64,000 nucleotides of DNA, from positions 833 through 64,832 of the forward strand of contig CAPERS010000007.1 in NCBI GenBank assembly GCA_948607205.1. The letters are read 5' to 3'. A program made the translations under genes and the position numbers. This document shows, one piece after another, positions 17,161-26,866 of the stretch (position 1 is its first letter; every line of letters starts with the position of its first letter). Below the pieces are notes generated by a model that was given only the letters and a program-made list of their open reading frames with translations, did no database searches and was not told the DNA's origin. This DNA comes from an uncultured Eubacteriales bacterium (GTDB lineage: Bacteria; Bacillota; Clostridia; Christensenellales; UBA1242).

Positions 17161-17242
17161 TGGTGCGGGCGGTGGGACTTGAACCCACACTCTTTCGAAC
17201 ACGCCCCTTAAACGTGCGCGTCTGCCATTCCGCCACGCCCGC
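17161..17242 (-). tRNA. tRNA-Leu (type II, encoded CCA); anticodon loop reads UUAAGGG, giving anticodon AAG
   Basis: Minus strand: GCGGGCG-UG-GCGGAAUGGCAGACGC-G-CACGU-UUAAGGG-GCGUG-UUCGAAAGAGU-GUGGG-UUCAAGU-CCCAC-CGCCCGC-ACCA. The acceptor, anticodon and T stems all pair, and the variable arm is 11 nt. Confidence 0.85.
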
Positions 17243-17325
17243 ATGTGATTTTTGTTAACCATAAAGTCAAAGCAAGGGATAAATTTTTATATCATTTTTA
17301 ACATACTTTTATATGCTACTCGACT

Positions 17326-17354
17326 ATTATATTAAATCTATACATATTTGTCAA
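17326..17354 (-). promoter_or_regulatory. sigma-A consensus promoter upstream of tRNA-Leu
   Basis: Minus strand reads TTGACA (17354-17349), a 17-nt spacer, then TATAAT (17331-17326), about 80 nt upstream of the mature tRNA 5' end. Confidence 0.6.
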
Positions 17355-17453
17355 GCAAAATTGACAATAAAATTGCAAAATTTTAATAATTTTCTATAAA
17401 TTTTCAGACAATTAACTTTTGTTTAATTATTTTAAATAATTTTAAAATTCATA

Positions 17454-17483
17454 TTGACAAATTCCCCCCCCGATATGTATAAT
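17454..17483 (+). promoter_or_regulatory. sigma-A promoter with a C8 homopolymer in the spacer
   Basis: TTGACA (17454-17459), an 18-nt spacer AATTCCCCCCCCGATATG (C8 at 17464-17471), then TATAAT (17478-17483). AAAGGAG RBS and the ATG at 17502 follow. Confidence 0.55.
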
Positions 17484-17501
17484 TAACTTAAAGGAGAAAA
17501 C

Positions 17502-18578
17502 ATGCAATCAATTTTAAAAGAAAAAGAATTATTAAAAAATAAACAAGTAAAGTTGCCAAAGCAAAGTTTCTTAAGAAATATTCTTGACAACGGAACAAAA
17601 AAGCTTTTTGACCTTTATGGGAATTGGGATTCAGCTTGCTTTGATAGACCCAAAAGACACACAGTAAGTAATATGCCATGTCATCTTCGCAATAATGCAT
17701 GGATGGCTCGCCTTATGCAGTTTGAACTTTTGAAGAATAAGAAATTCGTGCCATATTTGGCAGTTCTTAACTATGTTAAAAATTCAGACTATTTTGAAAA
17801 GCAACGCCATGAATATGAACTTCGAATTGTTAAAAAGCAAATTGAGTTTATGAACGAATGCAAAGACATTTATGGAAGGGCTTTCTATTTTCCAGACAAA
17901 GATATTTTTGGCAAGAAGAAAAAAGGCATAATAACACAAAGTTGGAAAGAATGGGACACAGTAAAGGAAATTTCAGAAGAACAATGGATAAAAGAAATTA
18001 ATGACCCTAAAATAAGTGATGTAGATAAATTTAATAATTATAAATGTCGTCATTTTTTCGGCATAACGTATTTTTATAAAATAACACATCACACAACCAA
18101 AAAATCAGACCCCGTTCGCAACTGGAATTGGGAAGCACAAGAATGCTATCACCTGCATGGAATTAACATCAAAGACGCTGACCTCAACTTCAGAAATGTT
18201 GTTGTGAACATGCTCACAATGATAGGCATGGACGAAGAAGTTGTTAATGAAGGTCTTGAAAAATATTCAGACCTGTGGCGAGATAAATATATGGAAATCG
18301 CTTTTGATAAGGAAACAACTTTTAAAGTAAACGAAAATGAAGATATGATTTCTTTGGGCAAACTTCACAAAATGTGGAAAGATGTTAGACTTTTTGAATA
18401 TTATCAAAATCATAAAGAATGGGTCGACAAATATGGAAAAGTAAGCGACGAAATGGTTATGCCAAAAGAAGAATATTTAACTATGAAAAAAATAGTGAAT
18501 GAGCAAGCACAGTTGCGCAAAGATAACGAAAAAATCGAGAAAAAAAGTGATTTCTTTTCAGAACTTTTAACTGACTAA
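17502..18578 (+). CDS. hypothetical protein (358 aa), no recognisable family
   Basis: Strong promoter and RBS and an uninterrupted ORF. Lys/Glu/Trp/Tyr-rich soluble protein. Plus-strand singleton between tRNA-Leu and clpX. Confidence 0.7.
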   Translation: MQSILKEKELLKNKQVKLPKQSFLRNILDNGTKKLFDLYGNWDSACFDRPKRHTVSNMPCHLRNNAWMARLMQFELLKNKKFVPYLAVLNYVKNSDYFEKQRHEYELRIVKKQIEFMNECKDIYGRAFYFPDKDIFGKKKKGIITQSWKEWDTVKEISEEQWIKEINDPKISDVDKFNNYKCRHFFGITYFYKITHHTTKKSDPVRNWNWEAQECYHLHGINIKDADLNFRNVVVNMLTMIGMDEEVVNEGLEKYSDLWRDKYMEIAFDKETTFKVNENEDMISLGKLHKMWKDVRLFEYYQNHKEWVDKYGKVSDEMVMPKEEYLTMKKIVNEQAQLRKDNEKIEKKSDFFSELLTD

Positions 18579-18581
18579 AAT

Positions 18582-18616
18582 CAAAAAAAAGAGGTTAACA
18601 TACCTCTTCTTTTTTA
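18582..18616. terminator. bidirectional terminator overlapping the clpX stop codon
   Basis: AGAGGT-TAACAT-ACCTCT hairpin (about 18590-18607) flanked by A8 and a T-run. It serves both the 358-aa gene (+) and clpX (-). Confidence 0.7.
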
Positions 18617-19854
18617 TTTTGGACTATTTTTATTATTTCAGGTTCGCCATTTTCCAGTTCAATAAACTTGTCTGTGACTATGATTTTTTGAATATCTTTA
18701 TTGCCCGGCATATCGAACATAAGTTTATTCATTTTGCTTTCAAGGATTGTTCGAAGTCCTCTTGCTCCAGTTTTGAGTTCCATTGATTTCTTTGCAATAG
18801 CCTTGACTGCGTCTTCAGAAAATTCAATTTCAATTCCATCCATTTTGAACATCAGTTTATATTGTTTCACAATTGAATTTTTTGGCTCGGTCAAAATGTG
18901 AACAAGCGCTTGTTCGTCGAGGTTATCAAGCCCTACCATGACTGGAAGACGTCCGACAAACTCTGGAATAAGACCGAATTTGATAAGGTCATCAGGCTGA
19001 ATTTCTTTGAAAAATCCGCTTGTTTCCTTTTCTTCTTCACTTTTGATTTGAGCGTTAAAGCCAAGAGTTGTGTTTTCCTTTCTGCTTTCAACGATTTTAT
19101 CAAGCCCAACAAATGCACCACCGCAAATGAAAAGAATGTTTGTTGTGTCAATTTGGAGCATTTCTTGATGAGGATGTTTTCTTCCGCCTTGTGGTGGAAC
19201 GGAAGCAACTGTGCTTTCAATGATTTTGAGGAGTGCTTGTTGAACACCCTCGCCAGCCACATCCCTTGTGATTGAAACATTTTGAGTTTTTTTGGCAATC
19301 TTATCGATTTCGTCGATATAGATAATTCCGCGTTGTGCTTTTGCGATGTCATAGTCAGCATTTTGGATAAGTTTCAAAAGAATATTTTCAACGTCGTCTC
19401 CGACATAGCCAGCCTCTGTCAAAGTTGTCGCATCAGCAGTTGCGAAAGGAACTTTCAAAATTCTTGCTAGCGTTTTTGCAAGCAAAGTTTTTCCTGTTCC
19501 AGTTGGTCCAATCATGAGAATATTGCTTTTTTCAAGTTCAACATCGTCGTCATTTTTGGCAGTTCCAAAGTTATAGTTAAGACGTTTATAGTGATTATAC
19601 ACCGCAACGGCAAGAATTTTTTTTGCGTCATCTTGACCAATGATATATTCATCAAGTTTTGCCTTTATCTCTTGTGGAGTTGGAAGTTCAATATTTTCAA
19701 AACTTGAACTTTTGTCAACTTCGCTCATGATATCCTTGCAGATTGCCACACATTCGTCGCAAATATAACTATCACCGCTTGGACTGGCAATAAGTTTTTT
19801 TGCATCTTTCTGAGCCTTTCCGCAAAATGAGCATTTACATTCAATTCCGTCCAC
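18595..19854 (-). CDS. clpX: ATP-dependent Clp protease ATP-binding subunit ClpX
   Basis: N-terminal C4 zinc ribbon (CSFCGK...CDEC), Walker A GPTGTGKT and Walker [13 protein letters not shown] start behind AAGGAGG. Confidence 0.97.
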   Translation of the reverse strand: MDGIECKCSFCGKAQKDAKKLIASPSGDSYICDECVAICKDIMSEVDKSSSFENIELPTPQEIKAKLDEYIIGQDDAKKILAVAVYNHYKRLNYNFGTAKNDDDVELEKSNILMIGPTGTGKTLLAKTLARILKVPFATADATTLTEAGYVGDDVENILLKLIQNADYDIAKAQRGIIYIDEIDKIAKKTQNVSITRDVAGEGVQQALLKIIESTVASVPPQGGRKHPHQEMLQIDTTNILFICGGAFVGLDKIVESRKENTTLGFNAQIKSEEEKETSGFFKEIQPDDLIKFGLIPEFVGRLPVMVGLDNLDEQALVHILTEPKNSIVKQYKLMFKMDGIEIEFSEDAVKAIAKKSMELKTGARGLRTILESKMNKLMFDMPGNKDIQKIIVTDKFIELENGEPEIIKIVQNKKEEVC

Positions 19855-19915
19855 TTAAAAAGCCTCCTTAAATATTTATACTTTTATCTCTAAGAATTTT
19901 CCTTTGTGAAATAGA

Positions 19916-20500
19916 TTATTTTTTCCTAGAAACGAATATATCGTCAATAACGCCGTATTCTTTTGCTTCTTGTGCGCTCATATAGTTGTCACGGTCAGTG
20001 TCTTTTTCGATTATTTCAATGCTTTTGCCAGTGTTTTCGCTGAGCATTCTGTTCAAATCCTTCTTGATTTTTTGGATATGATTTGCTTGGATTGCGATAT
20101 CGCTTGCCTGACCTTGCGCACCGCCTAGTGGCTGATGAATCATGATTTCACTGTTTGGAAGAGCAAATCTTTTGCCCTTTGTTCCGCCTGCAAGAAGAAA
20201 AGCGCCCATTGACGCGGCACGACCAACGCAAATTGTTGAAACATCGCACTTGATATATTTCATTGTGTCATAAATTGCAAGGCCTGCTGAAACGCTTCCA
20301 CCCGGACTATTGATATAGAGTGAAATATCCTTGCCCGGATTTTTGCCTTCAAGATAGATGAGTTGCGCAACAATAATGTTTGCACTCTCATCAGTCACCT
20401 CACCGTTCAAAAAGACGATTCTGTCTTCAAGCAGTCTTGAATAGATGTCATAAGACCTTTCAGACGCACCGTTTTGGTCAACGACCATAGGAATTAACAT
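19916..20500 (-). CDS. clpP: ATP-dependent Clp protease proteolytic subunit ClpP
   Basis: 194 aa with the catalytic Ser context [11 protein letters not shown] and the IMIHQP His motif. Confidence 0.97.
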   Translation of the reverse strand: MLIPMVVDQNGASERSYDIYSRLLEDRIVFLNGEVTDESANIIVAQLIYLEGKNPGKDISLYINSPGGSVSAGLAIYDTMKYIKCDVSTICVGRAASMGAFLLAGGTKGKRFALPNSEIMIHQPLGGAQGQASDIAIQANHIQKIKKDLNRMLSENTGKSIEIIEKDTDRDNYMSAQEAKEYGVIDDIFVSRKK

Positions 20501-20526
20501 AATTATCCTCCCTAAAATAATTCTTT

Positions 20527-21807
20527 TTATGCTTTCTTGTTTTTATCTTTTATAAATGAAACAAGTTTATTCATAAGTGCTTGATTTTCAAAGTAGGCGA
20601 TGTCATCTTGAGAAAGAGATGCTTTAATGTCATCAAGGTTAACTTTAAACTGTTGAGCATAAGCCTCGATTTCTTTGTTAAGTTCATCTTCACTGACCTC
20701 AAGTTTGTTTTCTTCAATAATTTTTTGAAGAACAAGACGAGTTTTAACGTTCTTTTCAGCGTCAGGCATTCTTTCAGCCTCGAACTCTTCTTCAGTCTTT
20801 CCGATATATTCGAGATAACCTTTGAGTGTCATGCCTTGGTGAGCAAGTCTATGTTCAAAGTCATGCAAGATATGGTGAACTTCGTGGTGAGTCATGCTGT
20901 GAGGAATTTCAACCTTGCTGTTTTCAACCACTTCTTCAATGAGTGCCATTTCATAATCTTTTTCTGCTTTTTCGTTTGCCCTCTTTTCAAGTGTATCCTT
21001 AACGCTTGCCTTATATTCATCAACGGTCTCAAATTCTGTTGTATCTGAGATAAATTTATCGTCAATTTTTGGCAAAATTTTTCTTTCAACTTTTTTGACA
21101 GTGATAGCAAAAACTGCTGGCTTGCCTGCAAGTTCTTCTGCTTGATAAGATGTTGGGAAAGTGACATTAATATCCTTACTTTCACCTTTTTTGAGCCCAA
21201 CAATTTGCTCTTCAAAGCCTTCAATAAAAGTGTGAGAGCCAATTTCAAGGCGATAATCTTTTGCAGTGCCACCTTCAAATTTCACGCCATCAACTGAGCC
21301 TGAGAAGTCAATTGTTGCGAAGTCGCCATTTTTAACTTCCTCTTCGCTTTCTTCATAGCGAGCATGCGCTTCTTGGAATCTTTCCATTTCTGCTTTGATT
21401 GCTTTTTCGTCAACTTTTTCTGCTTTAACTTTTGCTTTAAGACCTGTCAAACTTCCAAGAGTCACTTCTGGCATAAGTGCAAAAGTGAGAGTTGCTTCAA
21501 TCCCCTTATCAACTGTGAAAGAGTTCATTTCAACTCTTGGAGATTCAGCAGGCTTAACCTCAGCGTTTTCAAGCAAAAAGCGTGAATATTCGCCTGAAAC
21601 AACTTCTTCAAAAGCGTCATCAAAGAAAACAGTGTCGCCATAAGTTTGTTCAATAACTCTTCTTGGCGCTTTTCCTTTGCGGAAACCTTGAACGTTATAT
21701 TTGCCTTTTGTGTTTTGATAAGCACTTTCGACTGCCTTTTCCCATTCCTCTTTGGAAATAGTTACTTTAAGTTGTCCTTCATTTTGTTTCTTTTCGTATG
21801 TATACAT
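20527..21807 (-). CDS. tig: trigger factor
   Basis: 426 aa with the N-terminal ribosome-binding motif [13 protein letters not shown] and a central FKBP-type PPIase region. tig-clpP-clpX synteny is conserved. Confidence 0.95.
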   Translation of the reverse strand: MYTYEKKQNEGQLKVTISKEEWEKAVESAYQNTKGKYNVQGFRKGKAPRRVIEQTYGDTVFFDDAFEEVVSGEYSRFLLENAEVKPAESPRVEMNSFTVDKGIEATLTFALMPEVTLGSLTGLKAKVKAEKVDEKAIKAEMERFQEAHARYEESEEEVKNGDFATIDFSGSVDGVKFEGGTAKDYRLEIGSHTFIEGFEEQIVGLKKGESKDINVTFPTSYQAEELAGKPAVFAITVKKVERKILPKIDDKFISDTTEFETVDEYKASVKDTLEKRANEKAEKDYEMALIEEVVENSKVEIPHSMTHHEVHHILHDFEHRLAHQGMTLKGYLEYIGKTEEEFEAERMPDAEKNVKTRLVLQKIIEENKLEVSEDELNKEIEAYAQQFKVNLDDIKASLSQDDIAYFENQALMNKLVSFIKDKNKKA

Positions 21808-21907
21808 GTTTTTCTCCTTTTTTCGACTTTATCATAATAACATATTCTGGCTTTTTATGCAAGCAAAAATAAATAATGTGCCAAATAATATTGACACATT
21901 CCCTTTC

Positions 21908-22282
21908 TTATTGTCGAATTAAAATCACTATTGTTGATATAATAATTGCAAGCGAAAATAAAATCTTTCCTATTTCAACTATTTTTTCCTTTCTTAAAGA
22001 CTTTTTAAAGTTCTTTTTCAGGCTTTCCTGACCAAGTTCTGCATCTTCGCTTGTTAAATCTGAAGAGTTTATAAGAAGTATGATATGCTGTTGGTATCTG
22101 TCTTCAAATTTAATGTGATATTGAAGGACATATTCATAAATAAATTCGACTGACCAGTAAGCAGACAAACAAATAAGAAAAGAAAGTGAAATATAAACGC
22201 TTGCACTAAAAACATCTTTAAGTAGCGCAAAAAGCACAACTGCCAACACGAGTATTGTTGAGATAATCCACTTTCTTTTCAT
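21908..22282 (-). CDS. small membrane protein, unknown function
   Basis: 124 aa. Two N-terminal and one C-terminal hydrophobic segments around a charged middle region. Confidence 0.55.
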   Translation of the reverse strand: MKRKWIISTILVLAVVLFALLKDVFSASVYISLSFLICLSAYWSVEFIYEYVLQYHIKFEDRYQQHIILLINSSDLTSEDAELGQESLKKNFKKSLRKEKIVEIGKILFSLAIIISTIVILIRQ

Positions 22283-22345
22283 AATTTTATTTTCTTTTGT
22301 TTTATTTTTTATATTTAAATTTTTGAATTTGATTTAAACTTACAC

Positions 22346-22672
22346 TCAAATAACAACCAAAATATAAAGCACGGCAATTGTTACAACAAAGATTATATAA
22401 CAAACCAGCCAAGCGATATGTTTATGGCTTTTAACCCAATAAAAAGCAAGAATCATTGCAAGAATGTATGCAATCACTTCACCTATTGAGCGAAAAACTT
22501 TTTCAACATTAGTGTTACCTTTAAAACAAGCAGACAAAAGCAGTGCGATAGCGATGCAAGCGATTCCCACATATGCGCAGAAAGAAAGAATTTTGTTTGA
22601 CACCAACGCTTTGCCTTTGTTTTTCGCATTTTTTGAAGAATCTTCAATCTTTTGAAGGTCTTTTTCTTCCAT
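22346..22672 (-). CDS. small membrane protein, unknown function
   Basis: 108 aa. Charged N-terminus followed by three hydrophobic segments. Lies directly downstream of gap. Confidence 0.55.
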   Translation of the reverse strand: MEEKDLQKIEDSSKNAKNKGKALVSNKILSFCAYVGIACIAIALLLSACFKGNTNVEKVFRSIGEVIAYILAMILAFYWVKSHKHIAWLVCYIIFVVTIAVLYILVVI

Positions 22673-22681
22673 TTTCCCTCC

Positions 22682-24467
<1,786 letters not shown>

Positions 24468-24517
24468 ATTCCTCTTTCCTCCTATTCTCTATTTTAAAAA
24501 TTTATAAAATTCAGCAA

Positions 24518-24940
24518 TTAAAATTTTTTGATGCGTCTTGCGTGTCGTCCGCCTTCAAAGTCGGTGGTCAAGAAAGCCTTGATGATTTTGATTGCTTTGC
24601 GTGGTTTCATAAATCTGCCTGGCAAACACAGCACATTTGCATCGTTGTGCATACGTGAAAGTGTTGCATATTTGACTGATTCACAAACGCTGGCGCGAAT
24701 TTTTGGATTGCGATTGGCAGCCATGCACATTCCAATTCCTGAGCCACAAATATATATACCAACATTTCTTGGGTCTTCTGCAACCTTGGCATTTCCTGCT
24801 TTGGCAAAATCAGGATAATCATCAAGTTGTTCACGGCTGTATGACCCAACATCGATTGCGATAATGTTTTCTTTATTTAAAAATTTTTTAACTTCCTCTT
24901 TGAGAAGATATCCTGCATGGTCGCTTGCTAAAATTATCAT
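24518..24940 (-). CDS. rpiB: ribose-5-phosphate isomerase B
   Basis: MIILASDHAG N-terminus and ICGSGIGM motif. Overlaps the stop of the upstream phosphatase gene (ywlE-ywlF-like pair). Confidence 0.9.
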   Translation of the reverse strand: MIILASDHAGYLLKEEVKKFLNKENIIAIDVGSYSREQLDDYPDFAKAGNAKVAEDPRNVGIYICGSGIGMCMAANRNPKIRASVCESVKYATLSRMHNDANVLCLPGRFMKPRKAIKIIKAFLTTDFEGGRHARRIKKF

Positions 24941-25368
24941 AATTCATTTCTCCAATTTAAAATTTTGTTTAAAAGAATGTCAATTCCCCTTTCAATCTCT
25001 CTTGCCGTTTGCCTATAGACTTCAAGGCTCTGCCCATAAGGGTCAGAGATTTCTCTGCCAATGAGCGACGAAAAGGAGATAACTTTTCCGCCCTTCAAAT
25101 TTTCCTTCTGCGAATCGGTCATTGTGACATAGAGTGTGCCATTTTCCAGTTTTTTCACTGCCACACTTTTGCGATTTGAAGAAAGTGCACCCATTTCTTT
25201 GAGAACGATTTTTGCATTTTCTGTAATGTTATCGCCCTGCGCTCTCAACCCTTTTGAAGAAAAAGTGAATTGTTTTTCTTTTAATTGTTTTGCTTTTTTC
25301 TTGGCAATTCGCTCAGCCATGATTGACCGACAAGTGTTGCCAGTGCAAATGAAACAAATTTTAATCAT
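24937..25368 (-). CDS. low-molecular-weight protein phosphatase (YwlE-like Tyr/Arg phosphatase)
   Basis: CX5R P-loop CTGNTCRS at the N-terminus and DP(Y) near residue 118. Confidence 0.85.
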   Translation of the reverse strand: MIKICFICTGNTCRSIMAERIAKKKAKQLKEKQFTFSSKGLRAQGDNITENAKIVLKEMGALSSNRKSVAVKKLENGTLYVTMTDSQKENLKGGKVISFSSLIGREISDPYGQSLEVYRQTAREIERGIDILLNKILNWRNEL

Positions 25369-25424
25369 CTGTCACTCCATGATTTAATATTAGCATAATA
25401 TTAAAAAAAAACAAAGTAAAAACT

Positions 25425-25778
25425 TTATTTTTTAGATTTTTTACCTTGTTTTGCTTCATTTATATTCTTAATTTGATTTTTTTGCCATAATTTATCAAGA
25501 TTATATTTTTCTCGCGCAATTGGAATAAAACTGTGAACAACAATTTCGTTCAGGTCAAAAATAATCCATTCTCCTTTATTGAAGCCTTCTGGCTGACAAT
25601 CAATTCCTGCAAATTCAACAAAATCACTTGCAAGTTTTTTGTTTTCAAGAAAATTTGGGCTTGTTATAATTATCATTATCTTTGCCAATCGTTTTTCCTT
25701 AGATAAATCATAGACACGCACATCTTTGCATTTTTGTCCTTCAAAGAACTCGAGAATTGAATTTATTTTCTCTTCCAT
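25425..25778 (-). CDS. rsfS: ribosome silencing factor RsfS
   Basis: 117 aa. Pattern typical of the iojap/RsfS family (DVRVYDL...IMIIITS...WIIFDLNEIVVHSF...YNLDKLW). Confidence 0.85.
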   Translation of the reverse strand: MEEKINSILEFFEGQKCKDVRVYDLSKEKRLAKIMIIITSPNFLENKKLASDFVEFAGIDCQPEGFNKGEWIIFDLNEIVVHSFIPIAREKYNLDKLWQKNQIKNINEAKQGKKSKK

Positions 25779-25930
25779 TTTGCCTCACTTTATATTATAT
25801 ATTAAAATATAACAAAATAAATGTCAAGCGATATTGTTGTCAAAGAAAAAATAATTATTTTCAAAAAAAGAAAAATTGATTTTAAAATTAACATAAGTTT
25901 ATTTTTCAAAAATCTGGCAACAATTGTGAT

Positions 25931-26737
25931 ATGAAAAAATTCTTATTTGTTTTCCAAGTTGTCATAAAATTTTTGCTGATTTTTCTTGCTGTTTTTATTT
26001 GGGCAAGATATCTTATAAAAGAACTTTGGCTGTCAATTTTGGTCGCTCTTGCCATAACCTTTGTCATTGATTTTGCAACAAGGCTCATCTTCAAAAAAAT
26101 CAATAAACATAAGGAAATGAAAATACAAGAAAAAGAGGAAGCCGAAGACATTTTTCTGTCAATTGCGACACAAGAAAAACCACTTGATTTTTTTCTGAAG
26201 TTGACAAAGACCAGACATGAAAATGCAGTTAAGAAAAAAAGTTATATTCTCATCGACCATGGCGAAGATGGAAAGGTCATTTTGTATCCATTTCTTTCTT
26301 TCGCGCCAATAAATGCCAACGACATTGCTCAGATTGTTAACGCAATTCAAAAAGAGAAATGCCAAAAACTTGTTATTGTTTGTGGGGAAATTGACAAAAC
26401 TGCACCCTCTTTTGCCAAGAATTTTGATTTGAAAATAACACTGCTTGACAAGTTTTCCACTTACATGAATTTATATAAAGAATATCAAATGTTTCCTGAA
26501 AAAACACTGAAATACAAAAAAGAAAAATCGCTTGCCTTAAAGGAACTTATTGCCTTTTCTTTCAACAGAGCGCGCACGAAAGGATATCTTTTTTCAGCGC
26601 TCATTCTCCTATTTTCAAGTCTTATAATCAGGCCGAGCATATACTACTGCGTTGTCGCATCACTGCTTGTTGTGTTTGCAGTTATATCATACTCCAATCC
26701 GCGATACAACATAAAAACTTCAAGTGAAATTCTTTAA
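25931..26737 (+). CDS. hypothetical membrane protein (268 aa)
   Basis: Two N-terminal and two C-terminal TM segments flank a soluble domain of about 150 aa. No family recognised. Confidence 0.6.
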   Translation: MKKFLFVFQVVIKFLLIFLAVFIWARYLIKELWLSILVALAITFVIDFATRLIFKKINKHKEMKIQEKEEAEDIFLSIATQEKPLDFFLKLTKTRHENAVKKKSYILIDHGEDGKVILYPFLSFAPINANDIAQIVNAIQKEKCQKLVIVCGEIDKTAPSFAKNFDLKITLLDKFSTYMNLYKEYQMFPEKTLKYKKEKSLALKELIAFSFNRARTKGYLFSALILLFSSLIIRPSIYYCVVASLLVVFAVISYSNPRYNIKTSSEIL

Positions 26738-26866
26738 AGATATTTCCTATTGTTCACACAACAAAAAACAGCCTATTTTCAAGACTGTTTTTTTTGTTAT
26801 TTTTAAGAGTTTTGTTGTTGAAAAATTATTCTTCTTTAAAATATTTTTTTCTAATATTTTTTTAAA

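Noticed and set aside
25906-26151. 81-aa minus-strand ORF overlapping the start of the 268-aa membrane protein gene
   Set aside because: It is antisense to a longer ORF that has a coherent TM topology, and it has no RBS.
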